DNA of 64,000 nt from Gemmatimonadota bacterium. GTDB taxonomy: Bacteria; Gemmatimonadota; Gemmatimonadetes; Palauibacterales; Palauibacteraceae. The notes below the pieces were generated by a model, which made no database searches, was not told the DNA's origin, and was given only the letters and a program-made list of their open reading frames with translations. Position numbers and translations under genes: made by a program. The stretch's first letter is position 1, and each line of letters starts with the position of its first letter. This document shows, piece by piece, positions 26,432 through 36,847 of this stretch. Location: NCBI GenBank assembly GCA_046758745.1, contig JBHIAV010000001.1, positions 59,511 through 123,510 on the forward strand, given 5' to 3'.

Positions 26432-28821
26432 GCCGTGAGCCCCGCTTCTCGTTCCATGCGCCGCGGGAGGGCCGACTCGTAGATCTCCCGCAGGCGCTCG
26501 GCCTCGACCTCCACTCGGAGCGGATCGGCCCGGAGACGGAACACGCCGCCGGCCTCTCCGACCGTGCCGAGGCGGGAGAGGGGCAGGTCGTGCTCCGCCG
26601 CCAGCGCCCGGAGGGAGGCGACTCGAGACGCGTGGCACGAGAGGACCACCCGCGACTGGGATTCTCCATACAGCGCCGCGACGGGCGACACGTCGGCCGG
26701 TAGCTCGGCCTCCAGCCCGAGCGGGCCAGCCGGCGAGAGGATGGCGCACTCGGCGAGCGCCACGGCGAGGCCTCCCTCCGAGCAGTCGTGCGCGGACTCG
26801 AGAAGCCCCGCGGCGGCGGCCTCGACCAGGAACGCCACCAGCCGCCGCGCCTCTTCGAGGTCGAGCGCGGGGGGTGAGCCGGCCACGACGCCGTGGCAGG
26901 CCGCCAGGTACTCGGAGCCGCCCAGCTCCTCGCGGGTGGTTCCCACGAGGAGGACCTCACTCCCGGTCCGCCGGAAGGTGCCCGGCACCCGTCGCTCGAT
27001 CGACTCCAGGAGACCGACCATTCCGATGACCGGGGTCGGGTGGATCGGGCCGGCCGGGGTCTCGTTGTACAGCGAGACGTTCCCCCCCGTAACCGGCGTA
27101 CCGAGCGCCCGGCACGCGTCCCCGATGCCGAGGATCGCCTCACGCAGCTGGTGGTACACGGCCGAGCGCAGGGGATTCCCGAAGTTGAGGCAGTTCGTGA
27201 TGGCGAGCGGACGGGCCCCGCTGCACGCCACGTTGCGGGCCGCCTCGGCGACGGCGATGCGCGCTCCCACGCGCGGGTCGAGGTAGACGTACCGGGCGTT
27301 CCCGTCCACGGAGGCGGCGAGCCCCCTCCCCGTATCCGCGAGGCGAAGCACGGCGGCATCCGAGCCCGGCCCCACCGCGGTGTTGGCGCGAACCGATGTG
27401 TCGTATTGCTCGTGAATCCACCGTCGGGAGGCGATCGAGGGGGAATCGAGCAGGCGGAGCAGGACCCCTGCGGCCTCCTCATCCGTTTCGACGCGGGCGT
27501 ACGGGGCCAGATCCATCTCGCGTCGCCGACGGATCTCCGGATCCTCCGCACCCTCCCGCTCGTACGTCGGGCACCCCTTCACCAGCGGCCCGACCGGGAT
27601 CTCCGCCACGACGTCGCCGTTCTCGCGTACCCGGAAGATCCCGTCGTCCGTCACCCATCCGATCGTGGCCGCGTGAAGATCCCATCGGTGGAGCACGGCC
27701 CGCACCTCCTCGGTGATCTCCGGGCGCGTGACGAGGAGCATCCGTTCCTGGGACTCGGAGAGGAGGATTTCGTATGGCGTCATCCCCGGCTCGCGGGTGG
27801 GGAGCTTCGCCACGTCGATGTCGATTCCCGAACCGGCCCGGGCGGCCATCTCCGAAGCGCTCGAGGTGAGCCCGGCCGCGCCCATGTCCTGAATGCCGAC
27901 CGCCAGACCGCGCTCGATGAGCTCGAGCGTCGCCTCCAGGAGAAGCTTCTCGGTGAACGGGTCGCCGACCTGCACCTGGGGCCGGCTCTCGTGGGCTTCC
28001 TCCCCGAGCTCGGCGGAGGCGAAGGTCGCGCCATGGATGCCGTCCCGTCCAGTTCGTGCACCGACCGCCATCACCGGGTTGCCGGCGCCGTGGGCGGCGG
28101 CACGCATGAGCGAGTCCAGCCTGAGGAGGCCGATGCACATGACGTTGACCAGCGGGTTTCGCTCGTACGTCGGGTCGAACACGGCTTCCCCCCCCACCGT
28201 GGGCACGCCGACACAGTTGCCGTAGTCGCCGACTCCCCTCACCACGCCGTCCAGCAGGTACCGGGAACGGGCCGAGTCGAGGGAGCCGAAGCGCAGGCTG
28301 TCGAAGAGGGCGATCGGTCGTGCTCCCATGGTGAAGATGTCCCGCAGGATTCCTCCGACTCCCGTGGCCGCCCCCTGGTACGGCTCGACGGCCGACGGAT
28401 GGTTGTGGGACTCCATCTTGAAGGCGACGCCCCAGCCCTCTCCGACGTCGATCACCCCGGCGTTCTCGCCGGGACCCTGCACGACGCACGCCCCTTCGGT
28501 GGGGAGCGTGGCGAGGAGTGGGCGCGAGTTCTTGTATCCGCAGTGCTCCGACCACATGGCGCTGAACACCCCGAGCTCGGGGAGGGAGGGGGACCGCCCG
28601 AGGATCCCGACGATCGTCTCGTACTCCTGCGGCGAGAGACCGTGGGCTGCGACTGTCTCGGCGGTGATGTGGTCGGAGGCGGAGGGCGACGCACCCGGAA
28701 AGCCGGCGGACGGTGGGGCAGCGCGGGGGCCAGCCTCGGGCGGGGCGGCGGAATCGCCACCACCCTGGCGCGGCTCCTTCGCCGTCTCGGCCGCCATCGG
28801 CCCCGGAGCGATCGGGCTCAT
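26428..28821 (-). CDS. purL: phosphoribosylformylglycinamidine synthase subunit PurL
   Basis: [40 protein letters not shown]. Confidence 0.97.
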   Translation of the reverse strand: MSPIAPGPMAAETAKEPRQGGGDSAAPPEAGPRAAPPSAGFPGASPSASDHITAETVAAHGLSPQEYETIVGILGRSPSLPELGVFSAMWSEHCGYKNSRPLLATLPTEGACVVQGPGENAGVIDVGEGWGVAFKMESHNHPSAVEPYQGAATGVGGILRDIFTMGARPIALFDSLRFGSLDSARSRYLLDGVVRGVGDYGNCVGVPTVGGEAVFDPTYERNPLVNVMCIGLLRLDSLMRAAAHGAGNPVMAVGARTGRDGIHGATFASAELGEEAHESRPQVQVGDPFTEKLLLEATLELIERGLAVGIQDMGAAGLTSSASEMAARAGSGIDIDVAKLPTREPGMTPYEILLSESQERMLLVTRPEITEEVRAVLHRWDLHAATIGWVTDDGIFRVRENGDVVAEIPVGPLVKGCPTYEREGAEDPEIRRRREMDLAPYARVETDEEAAGVLLRLLDSPSIASRRWIHEQYDTSVRANTAVGPGSDAAVLRLADTGRGLAASVDGNARYVYLDPRVGARIAVAEAARNVACSGARPLAITNCLNFGNPLRSAVYHQLREAILGIGDACRALGTPVTGGNVSLYNETPAGPIHPTPVIGMVGLLESIERRVPGTFRRTGSEVLLVGTTREELGGSEYLAACHGVVAGSPPALDLEEARRLVAFLVEAAAAGLLESAHDCSEGGLAVALAECAILSPAGPLGLEAELPADVSPVAALYGESQSRVVLSCHASRVASLRALAAEHDLPLSRLGTVGEAGGVFRLRADPLRVEVEAERLREIYESALPRRMEREAGLTA

Positions 28822-29519
28822 ACGCCGGACCCGGCGCAGACGGCGAGGACCGAGCGGAACACCCCAAGCCCGTCCGTCGAGCCCAGAAGCGGCGAGACCG
28901 CGCGCTCCGGGTGCGGCATGAGGCCGACCACGTTGCGCTCTCGGTTGCAGATCCCTGCGATGTTGCGCGCCGATCCGTTGGGGTTCCCGGCGTCGGTGAC
29001 CATGCCGGCCTCATCCACGTACCGGAAGATCACCCGGTCCTCCGACTCGAGGGCGTCGAGGGTCGGTGCGTCGGCCACGAACTGTCCCTCCCCGTGCGCG
29101 ATCGGCATGCGAAGAATCGCCCCGCGCTCGTAGTCACACGTGAAGGGGGTATCGGTCGCCTCCACACGCACGCGCACCGGGTGACAGCGGAAGCGGAGGC
29201 CGCGGTTCCGAACGAGGGCGCCGGGGAGAAGGTGAGCCTCACACAGTACCTGGAAGCCGTTGCAGATGCCGAGCACAGGTCCGCCCCCGCGTGCGAAGGA
29301 GAGGACCGCCTTCATGACCGGGCTGAAGCGGGCGATCGCCCCGGCCCGCAGGTAGTCCCCGTAAGAGAACCCACCGGGCAGAACGACGACGTCCGCCCCG
29401 GAGATCGACTCGTCCTTGTGCCACAGGTAACAGGCACGAGCACCGATCCCCTCCCGCGTGGCCCGCTCGACATCGGTGTCACAGTTCGAGCCTGGGAAGC
29501 GCACGATCCCGACGTTCAT
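28818..29519 (-). CDS. purQ: FGAM synthase glutaminase subunit PurQ
   Basis: [31 protein letters not shown]. Confidence 0.97.
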   Translation of the reverse strand: MNVGIVRFPGSNCDTDVERATREGIGARACYLWHKDESISGADVVVLPGGFSYGDYLRAGAIARFSPVMKAVLSFARGGGPVLGICNGFQVLCEAHLLPGALVRNRGLRFRCHPVRVRVEATDTPFTCDYERGAILRMPIAHGEGQFVADAPTLDALESEDRVIFRYVDEAGMVTDAGNPNGSARNIAGICNRERNVVGLMPHPERAVSPLLGSTDGLGVFRSVLAVCAGSGV

Positions 29520-29791
29520 TCCGCCTCGGCTGGCTCGGCGGCCGGCCTCACCTCGATCTGGTAATCCTCGATGACCGGATTGGCGATCAGCTCCTCGCAC
29601 ATCGCGGCGACTCGCTCCCGCGCCGCGCTTGCCTCCGGCGCCTCCAGGAGGAAACGGACGAGCCTGCCCGACCGCACTCCGCGCACTCCAGCGTATCCGA
29701 GATCTGCGAGGGCCCTCCCGATCGTCTCCCCTTCCGGGTCGAGGATTCCCGCTCTCGGGGTGATGCAAACCTCTATCTCGAACTCGGGAAT
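29516..29791 (-). CDS. purS: FGAM synthase subunit PurS (absent from ORF track; apparent ATT start)
   Basis: Manual translation gives [24 protein letters not shown]...[14 protein letters not shown] (91 aa). SD GGAGG lies 5 nt before the ATT, and the stop overlaps the purQ ATG. Confidence 0.92.
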   Translation of the reverse strand: MPEFEIEVCITPRAGILDPEGETIGRALADLGYAGVRGVRSGRLVRFLLEAPEASAARERVAAMCEELIANPVIEDYQIEVRPAAEPAEAE

Positions 29792-29821
29792 GCCATCCTC
29801 CGTGGCTTCGCCACCCGACCC

Positions 29822-30751
29822 TCAGCCGACCGTCAGCTCCTCGCCCGTGATCCGCCGGTAGGCATCACGATATCGCGTCGCCGTCGCTTGCACGATCTCG
29901 GGCGGCAAATCTGGGGCGGGCGGCGAACGGTTCCAAGCCCCCTCCTTCACCAACGATTCCAGATAGTCGCGCACCGGCTGTTTGTCGAGCGATGGCGGAC
30001 TGCTTCCCGGCGCGTACTCGCGCGCGAGCCAGAAGCGGGACGAGTCCGGCGTGAGCACCTCGTCGATCAGGATGATCTCTCCGTTTCGCGTAGTTCCGAA
30101 CTCGAACTTCGTGTCCGCGATGATGATCCCGCGCTCCCGGGCCACCTCCCGCGCGAAGCAGTAAAGCCGGATGCTGATGCCGCGCAGGAGCGCGGCGAGC
30201 TTGTTCCCGACCAGTCGCGCCATCCTGGCGTAGGTGATGTTCTCGTCGTGACCCTCTTCCGCCTTCGTGGCTGGAGAGAAGAGAGGAGACGGAAGCTCGG
30301 AGGCCTCCACGAGCCCCTCGGGCAGCTCCTCACCGGCCACCGTCCCGCTCTCCCGGTACTCGTTCCAGGCCGATCCCGCGAGGTAGCCGCGCACCACACA
30401 CTCGACCGGGAACGGCTCGGCTCGCCTCACCAGCATGCCGCGGCCCGCCCATGCCTCCCGATGGCCGGCGAGCTCCGGACGCTGCTGGACCACCTCCTCG
30501 GGGCGGGCCGCCACGCAGTGGTTGTGCACGATCTGTCGCGTATTCTCGAACCAGAAGCGAGACATCTGGGTGAGGACCGCTCCCTTGCCGGGAATCGGCT
30601 GCGGGAGGATGCAGTCGAAGGCGCTGATGCGATCGCTGGCCACGAGCAGGAGCTCGTCGCCGAGGTCGTACATCTCACGCACCTTGCCGCGCCTGAGAAG
30701 GGGGAAGGGTAGGTCGGTTTGGACTACGCCCTGCATTGCCGCGCGCTCCAT
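29822..30751 (-). CDS. purC: SAICAR synthetase
   Basis: [36 protein letters not shown]. Confidence 0.97.
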   Translation of the reverse strand: MERAAMQGVVQTDLPFPLLRRGKVREMYDLGDELLLVASDRISAFDCILPQPIPGKGAVLTQMSRFWFENTRQIVHNHCVAARPEEVVQQRPELAGHREAWAGRGMLVRRAEPFPVECVVRGYLAGSAWNEYRESGTVAGEELPEGLVEASELPSPLFSPATKAEEGHDENITYARMARLVGNKLAALLRGISIRLYCFAREVARERGIIIADTKFEFGTTRNGEIILIDEVLTPDSSRFWLAREYAPGSSPPSLDKQPVRDYLESLVKEGAWNRSPPAPDLPPEIVQATATRYRDAYRRITGEELTVG

Positions 30752-30757
30752 GGTCCC

Positions 30758-32197
30758 TCACACTCGAAGCTCCACCGCCGGCTCGTCGGCCACATCGCCT
30801 GCCGCGAGCCGCGGCTCCACTCGCTCCCGGAGGAAGCGTTCCACCTGCTCGGGCGCCCGCCCCACCAGCCGTGAGGGCACCGCGAGGTCCGCGAGGTCGG
30901 TCTCCCCCAGCCGGAACGCTGGATCCCCCGCGATCCGCCGGAGGAAGTCGTTGTCCGTCGCCCCCCGGTCGAGTCGTTCGCGCGCGGCCATGGCGTGAAC
31001 ACGCGCCCGGTCGTGCAGCTCCTGCCGATCCCCGCCTGCGCGCACACCGGCGATGAGAAGCTGCTCGATCAAGAGGAAGGGGAGCTCGCGCTCGAGCCTG
31101 GCCCGGATCACGCGTTCGTGAACCACCAGGCCCGCCGCGACGTCTCGGGCGATGAGCAGCACCGCGTCCGCGCACAGGTACACTTCCGGGAGGACGATCC
31201 GCCGGATGGCGGAATCGTCCAGGGTGCGTTCCATCCCCTGGACCGCAGCCGTCCACGCCGTGTCGATCGGCAGGGCACACAGGTGCCGCGCGATGGCGCA
31301 CATGCGCTCCGACCGCATCGGGTTCCGCTTGTACGGCATGGCCGAGGAGCCGACCTGTCGCTCCGAGAACGGTTCCTCCACCTCGGCGAAGCTCTGCAGA
31401 AGACGGATGTCCCCGCCAAATCGGCCCGCGCTCGCCCCCACGCCGGCGAGCGCGCTCACGATCCGGTGGTCCACCTTGCGTGGGTACGTCTGTCCGACGA
31501 CGTCGTACGTCCCCGGAAAGCCGAATCGCTCCGCCAGCCGCGCGTTCAGCCGCTCCACCGCCGAGCCGTCTCCGTCGAAGAGCTCGAGGAAGGTCGCTTC
31601 CGTGCCCGTGGTGCCACGCGCCCCTCGCAGGCGGAGACCTTCGAGCAGCGTCTCGACCTGCTCGAGGTCCATGAGGAGGTCCTGAAGCCACAGGGTCGCT
31701 CGTTTCCCCACGGTGGTCGGCTGCGCCGGCTGCCAATGCGTGTAGCCGAGAGTAGGGAGGGCAGCCCACCGGCGGGCGAAGCGGGCGAGCGCCTCGATGG
31801 CGGCGAGGAGGCGCCTCCGCACCAGCCGGAGGGCATCGCGGTGTTGGATGAGCCCGGCGTTGTCCGCCACGTAGGCGCTCGTGGCGCCGAGGTGGAGGAA
31901 GGCCCGGGCCTGCGGGGCGACCTCCCCGAAATGGCGTATGTGCGCCATCACGTCATGGCGCAGCTCGGCCTCGAGCGTCGCTATCCGCTCCGGGTCGATT
32001 CGTTCGCGCGCCGCGCGCATCGAGGAGATCGCCTCCTCGGGGATCGCCAGCCCGAGCTCGCGCTCGATCTCGGCGAGGGCGATCCACAGGTCGCGCCACA
32101 GGAGGGCTTGCCGGCGTGGAGAGAAGATGTCGGCCATCTCCGCCGACGCGTAGCGATCGATCAGCGGGTGCGGGTACCGAGCACTAAGGGGTGGCAA
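30758..32197 (-). CDS. purB: adenylosuccinate lyase (start approximate, TTG)
   Basis: RHDVMAH, HLGATS, THWQPAQPTT, GSSAMPYKRNP. Confidence 0.95.
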   Translation of the reverse strand: MPPLSARYPHPLIDRYASAEMADIFSPRRQALLWRDLWIALAEIERELGLAIPEEAISSMRAARERIDPERIATLEAELRHDVMAHIRHFGEVAPQARAFLHLGATSAYVADNAGLIQHRDALRLVRRRLLAAIEALARFARRWAALPTLGYTHWQPAQPTTVGKRATLWLQDLLMDLEQVETLLEGLRLRGARGTTGTEATFLELFDGDGSAVERLNARLAERFGFPGTYDVVGQTYPRKVDHRIVSALAGVGASAGRFGGDIRLLQSFAEVEEPFSERQVGSSAMPYKRNPMRSERMCAIARHLCALPIDTAWTAAVQGMERTLDDSAIRRIVLPEVYLCADAVLLIARDVAAGLVVHERVIRARLERELPFLLIEQLLIAGVRAGGDRQELHDRARVHAMAARERLDRGATDNDFLRRIAGDPAFRLGETDLADLAVPSRLVGRAPEQVERFLRERVEPRLAAGDVADEPAVELRV

Positions 32198-32199
32198 GT

Positions 32200-33792
32200 T
32201 CAGGAGAGCCGGAAGGACGTGGAGTACGCCGTGCGGCCGCGGTAGAACACCACCGTGATGTAGCCGCGGCCCGCGTAGTAGCGGAAGAGCTCGTTCGCGC
32301 GCTGGGTATCCGTCACCTCGTTGCGGTTGATGGAGACGATCACGTCTCCCTCCCGCATCCCCGTCGCCCGGACCGTCCTCGGGTCGATGGCGATGATCAT
32401 CGCGCCGGCGTCGACCCGGAGCCGCCGCTCCGCGGCGATCTGCGGCGTCACCGTGATGAGCTGCAGACCCCGGAACACCTCGACCCGCTCGGCCATCTCG
32501 GACGGGAGCTCGTGGATGCGGAGGGATGCGGTCCGCGTTCGGCCGTGCCTCCGATAACGCACCGTCACCTCGGCATTCACCCCGGCGTCCAGCAGACCCA
32601 CCTCCCAGTCCAGCGGGCTGGCGATCGGTCGCCCGTCGAGTGCCACGAGGACGTCGTTCGGACGCAAGCCCGCGCGGTCGGCGGGGGAGCCCTCGGCCAC
32701 CCGCCGCACCACCGTCTCCCCGCGTAGGGTGTCGGAGTCGAGCGCGATCACGTCGATGCCGACCCACGCCCGCCGTATGCGCCCGAACTCGCGGAGCTCG
32801 TCGGCGATCCGCAGCGCCCGATCGATCGGGATGGCGAACCCGAGCCCCTCCGAGCCCCCGGAGCGCGAGAAGATCGAGGAGTTCACCCCGATCACCTTCC
32901 CGTCCGCGTTCACCAGTGGGCCGCCCGAGTTGCCCGGGTTGATCGAGGCGTCCGTCTGCACCATATCCGCGTATAGCACCTCGCTCCGCATGTCCGATCG
33001 GATGTCTCGTCCCACCCCGGAGATGACCCCGGTCGTCACCGTAGCCTCGGAGTTCGCCAGCAGGTAACCGAACGGATTCCCGATCGCTATCGCCGGCTCT
33101 CCCACCATGAGATCCGAGGAGGTGCCGAGTGGCGCCGGCGGGATGCGTCCCGACGGGACCTTGAGCACCGCGACGTCCGTGAGCTCGTCCGAGCCGAGGA
33201 TCTCGGCGCGGTAGATCCTCCCGGTCGCATCCGCTACCACCACCGAGTCCGCATCGCGAACCACGTGATGGTTCGTCAAGATGTGGCCGTCCGTGTCGAT
33301 GGCGAAGCCGGAGCCTAGCCCCTGCACCGTCCGTTCGAACCCGCGCGGCACGAAGATGTCGAACAGGCTCCGCGGGATCACGCGCTCGCGCCGCAGCACG
33401 GTCACGCTCACCACGGACGGGGTGACCCGCCGGGCCGCCTCTACGATAGGCGTGAAGCGCCGGCTGGCCTGCGAAAGGGTGGCCTCGCGGCTCTCCCCCT
33501 CGGGCGACAGGGAGCTGCTCCACGGAGCAGCCCGGCCGATCTCCTCCGCGCTCTCGGCTCCGCTTCGTGCGGCCGTCTGGCCGCTCTCCCCGGCAGCTTC
33601 GGTCATCGGAGCGGGGCTGCGGGAAGCGAGGCCGGAGAGCCGCCCCTCGCCGGCGGGTCGAGCGGCGTTCTCCACCGACGAGTCCTCCACTTTTGACGCG
33701 GAGAGCCCGAGCGCCAGACCGAGGAGGAAGGCCGCCAGGAGGGCGACGAGCACCCACACGACGGCGCGGCGCTTCCCGCGAGGCTCATCCAT
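32200..33792 (-). CDS. HtrA/DegP-family serine protease with two PDZ domains
   Basis: N-terminal TM, GLGSGF, TNHHV, QTDASINPGNSGGPL and two PDZ-like repeats. Confidence 0.93.
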   Translation of the reverse strand: MDEPRGKRRAVVWVLVALLAAFLLGLALGLSASKVEDSSVENAARPAGEGRLSGLASRSPAPMTEAAGESGQTAARSGAESAEEIGRAAPWSSSLSPEGESREATLSQASRRFTPIVEAARRVTPSVVSVTVLRRERVIPRSLFDIFVPRGFERTVQGLGSGFAIDTDGHILTNHHVVRDADSVVVADATGRIYRAEILGSDELTDVAVLKVPSGRIPPAPLGTSSDLMVGEPAIAIGNPFGYLLANSEATVTTGVISGVGRDIRSDMRSEVLYADMVQTDASINPGNSGGPLVNADGKVIGVNSSIFSRSGGSEGLGFAIPIDRALRIADELREFGRIRRAWVGIDVIALDSDTLRGETVVRRVAEGSPADRAGLRPNDVLVALDGRPIASPLDWEVGLLDAGVNAEVTVRYRRHGRTRTASLRIHELPSEMAERVEVFRGLQLITVTPQIAAERRLRVDAGAMIIAIDPRTVRATGMREGDVIVSINRNEVTDTQRANELFRYYAGRGYITVVFYRGRTAYSTSFRLS

Positions 33793-34657
33793 GGGCGAGA
33801 GAGCGTCGAAGCGGTGACACGGACCCGTGCTCGTGCTGCGCGGAAACCTCTCCGCACACGCCGGGGATGCCGGCCGGCCGGTTCCACCCATCCGGGTAGC
33901 GAACGCCCGTGAGGTAGAGGCCGTATGGTGGGGCGGGCCACGGAGGGCGAACCCCCGCGGAGCCGTGCAACAGGGCCCCGATCTCCTGCTCATCTCGCTG
34001 GCCGGACGCGACTTCGACCAGCGTGCCGACGACATATCGTACCATGTGGCGAAGGAAACGGTCCGCCACGATGAGGAACACGAGGTCGCTCCCGGGGGTG
34101 CGCCACCACTCCGCCCGTTCGACCCTGCACCGGGTCCCTCTCTCCGGTTGACCGGAGCGGGCGAACGACTCGAACGACCGCTCCCCGAGGAGGAGCGGCG
34201 TCATGGCGCGAAGCACGCCTTCGTCGGGTGGCCGGCGCGGTACCCAGGCCCGCCCTCGCCGTAGAGGAGAGCGCGCGTCATGACCGTCCGCGATCAGGTA
34301 CTCGTACCGCCGCCCCGTGGCGTCGAATCGGGGATGGAAATCCGCTCGCGCGACGCGGGCTTTTTCGATCCACACGTCCTCTGGGAGGTTGGCGTTGAGG
34401 GCGCGGCGAAGCTCCGCGGGCTTCCAGCGCGACGGTGCGTCGAATGCGACTTCCTGCGCGGCCGCGTGGACCCCGGCGTCGGTGCGGCCGGCGGCGTTCA
34501 CCCGCACGGGCTCCTTCGGCGTGCTGAAGAGGCGTGAGAGCTCGGCCTGCAGAGTGTCTTGAACGGTTCGATGCGTGGGCTGCGACTGCCAGCCGTGAAA
34601 GGCCGATCCGTCGTAGTGGACGGTGGCTCGTATCCGCACGCGTGCCCGCTGCCGCAC
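33785..34657 (-). CDS. truA: tRNA pseudouridine(38-40) synthase
   Basis: YDGSAFHGWQ, AGRTDAGVHA, FLRHMVR. Confidence 0.96.
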   Translation of the reverse strand: MRQRARVRIRATVHYDGSAFHGWQSQPTHRTVQDTLQAELSRLFSTPKEPVRVNAAGRTDAGVHAAAQEVAFDAPSRWKPAELRRALNANLPEDVWIEKARVARADFHPRFDATGRRYEYLIADGHDARSPLRRGRAWVPRRPPDEGVLRAMTPLLLGERSFESFARSGQPERGTRCRVERAEWWRTPGSDLVFLIVADRFLRHMVRYVVGTLVEVASGQRDEQEIGALLHGSAGVRPPWPAPPYGLYLTGVRYPDGWNRPAGIPGVCGEVSAQHEHGSVSPLRRSLAHG

Positions 34658-34663
34658 CCGGGC

Positions 34664-34693
34664 AAGCTACCGGCCGCGCGAAGAGAGTGTCAA
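34664..34693 (-). promoter_or_regulatory. sigma70-type promoter for the truA-led operon, leaderless geometry
   Basis: TTGACA-18-TAGCTT, then 6 nt to the GTG at 34657. Confidence 0.6.
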
Positions 34694-34931
34694 CCGAACG
34701 GTGTCGGTAGTCCGCGGCGGAAGGGAGATCGGGGGCCCGATCGACCGGCGGCGCGGCCGGCTGCCGCAGGCCGGGGAGCGGGCGCGCGCTTGGCCCCCGG
34801 GGGTCCCGACGAATACGTTCGAGCCGAGGTGGTGCCTCCCGTGCGCCTCCGGGTCGAGGGCGGGTGCCCGAGGCGTCGCGGCCCGCGCGGTTTCCAAGCC
34901 GGCCCGGGACAGGCAACGCAGGAGGTTTGAC

Positions 34932-35960
34932 TTGCGGGAGTGGATCCGGAGGATCGGTGAGGGGGAGGCCCTCACCATCGATGAGGCGGAGGCGGCCTTC
35001 GATGAGATCATGCGGGGCCGCGCCACCCCGATCGAGATGGCTGCCCTCCTCGTCGGGCTCAAGGTGCGGGGAGAGACCGCGGATGAGGTGGCGGGCGGCG
35101 TTCGCGCGCTCCGGCGGGCCATGGTCCCCGTGCCCGCGTCCCCGGACCGGCTGCTCGACACCTGCGGGACGGGGGGCGGGACGCTGACCACGTTCAACAT
35201 CTCCACCGCGGCCGCCCTGGTCGCCGCCGCCGGAGGCGCCCGCGTGGCCAAGCACGGAAACCGTTCCTTCACCTCGCGCTCGGGCAGTGCCGACGTGCTC
35301 GAGAGCTTGGGTGTGCCGATCGAGCTGCCGCCCGCCGCCCTCTCCCAGATGCTGGAAGAGGTCGGCTTCGCATTCCTCTATGCGCCGCGTCTGCACCCGG
35401 CGATGCGGCACATCGCCCCGGTCAGGGCGGAGCTCGGCATGACCACCGTGATGAACGTGCTCGGACCGCTCGCCAACCCTGCCTCCGTGCGTCGGCAGGT
35501 GGTCGGCGTCGCCGAGCCCCACCTCCTCCCCCTGGTGGCCGGAGCGATGCGACGCCTCGGGCACGAAAAGGCGCTCGTCGTCCACGGGGAGCCCGGCATG
35601 GACGAGCTGAGCCCGCTCGGCCTTTCGCGCGCCGTTCTGGTCGAGGCCGGCGAGCTCGTGGAGCTTACGTTCCGTCCGGAGGAGTTCGGTTGGTCCGGCC
35701 TCGAGGCGGCCGGGCTCGCGGGAGGGGAGCCGGCGGAGAACGCGCAGCGCGTGGAGGGCGTGCTGCGGGGGAAGCTGCACGGTGCCGCCCGCGCCGCGGT
35801 CGTGCTGAACGCCGCCGCCGCGCTCTACGTCACCGACCTGGCGGCGGATCTCTCCGAGGGAGTGGAGAAGTCGAACGCGCTCATCGACGACGGCGCGGCG
35901 TGGGAGTCGCTGCAGCGGGTTCGGGCGGCGAGCCGACGGCTCCTGGCCGCTGATCGGTGA
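34932..35960 (+). CDS. trpD: anthranilate phosphoribosyltransferase
   Basis: SD AGGAGG then TTG at 34932. DTCGTGG, FNIST, KHGNRS, GSADVLE, LGPLANP. Confidence 0.95.
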   Translation: MREWIRRIGEGEALTIDEAEAAFDEIMRGRATPIEMAALLVGLKVRGETADEVAGGVRALRRAMVPVPASPDRLLDTCGTGGGTLTTFNISTAAALVAAAGGARVAKHGNRSFTSRSGSADVLESLGVPIELPPAALSQMLEEVGFAFLYAPRLHPAMRHIAPVRAELGMTTVMNVLGPLANPASVRRQVVGVAEPHLLPLVAGAMRRLGHEKALVVHGEPGMDELSPLGLSRAVLVEAGELVELTFRPEEFGWSGLEAAGLAGGEPAENAQRVEGVLRGKLHGAARAAVVLNAAAALYVTDLAADLSEGVEKSNALIDDGAAWESLQRVRAASRRLLAADR

Positions 35961-35998
35961 GGATTCGACCGATCGATGAGTCGGACCGGTAGCGCGGC

Positions 35999-36607
35999 TC
36001 AGTACTTTCGGATCACCCCGATCACGATCCCCTGCACCTGCACGCGCTCCGCCCGGATGATCATGGGAGCAAGGGAGGGGTTCGCCGGCTGGAGCCGCAC
36101 CATTCCGTGGGCCTCGCGAAAGTATTTCTTCACCGTCGCGCTCTCGCCATCCAACAGGGCGATCACCATTTCGCCGTTCTCGGCCGTCTCCCGGGCCTGC
36201 ACGATGACGTAGTCGCCATCGCGGATCTGCTCCTCGATCATGGAATCGCCCCGGACGCGCAGGACGTAATGCGCCGCCGAGCTGGAAACCATGTCCTCCG
36301 GGACGGCAATCATCTCCTGCTGCTCGATGGCCTCGATCGGCTCGCCCGCGGCCACGGTTCCGAGAAGGGGCAGGTCGACGGCGGCGAGACGCATCTCGGT
36401 GCGGGAGAGTTCGATGGACCGGCTCTCGTTGTAGTTCTTCCGAATGTAGCCCTTGGCCTCGAGGTTCGTGAGGTGCTCGTGCACGGTGGCGAGCGATCGG
36501 TAACCGAAGAAGGCGGCGATCTCCTCGAAGCTCGGCGAATATCCGCGGGCGTCGAGAAAGCTCTCGATGAAGTCCAAGATCTCCTTCTGCCGCTTTGTGA
36601 GCGCCAT
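35999..36607 (-). CDS. lexA: SOS repressor LexA
   Basis: LTKRQ..PSFEEIA HTH, VAAG cleavage site, GDSM serine and ATVKK lysine. SD GGAGG 6 nt upstream. Confidence 0.97.
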   Translation of the reverse strand: MALTKRQKEILDFIESFLDARGYSPSFEEIAAFFGYRSLATVHEHLTNLEAKGYIRKNYNESRSIELSRTEMRLAAVDLPLLGTVAAGEPIEAIEQQEMIAVPEDMVSSSAAHYVLRVRGDSMIEEQIRDGDYVIVQARETAENGEMVIALLDGESATVKKYFREAHGMVRLQPANPSLAPMIIRAERVQVQGIVIGVIRKY

Positions 36608-36645
36608 CCGCATCCTCCGAGAGATGGTCGCAGGCCGAGCCGAGA

Positions 36646-36693
36646 CCGAACGGAACCCGAAACGAATGTACCCGAACAGGAACCGAAAAGCAA
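36646..36693 (-). promoter_or_regulatory. lexA promoter with two direct-repeat operators
   Basis: TTGCTT-17-TACATT on the minus strand. CCGAAC-N5-CCGAAA (plus strand) at 36646-36662 and 36672-36688. Confidence 0.75.
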
Positions 36694-36847
36694 GCGGAGG
36701 CGGGTCCGGGGTGCGCCGGGTGGCGCGGCCGCCGAGGTTGGTAATTGCGGCGAGGCATGTCTATGTTGGCGCGCCGTACCCCGGCCGCTCGACGCCCGGT
36801 CCGGTGGGACAGGAGGGTGAGTCACGAACCGATCAGGCACGACTGGT

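Noticed and set aside
30758-33757. 999-aa ORF suggesting a giant PurB fusion
   Set aside because: The upstream half is an off-frame reading of htrA. PurB homology begins near 32197.
34694-34931. trp attenuator or T-box upstream of trpD
   Set aside because: I found no leader peptide with tandem Trp codons, no T-box consensus and no U-tailed terminator.
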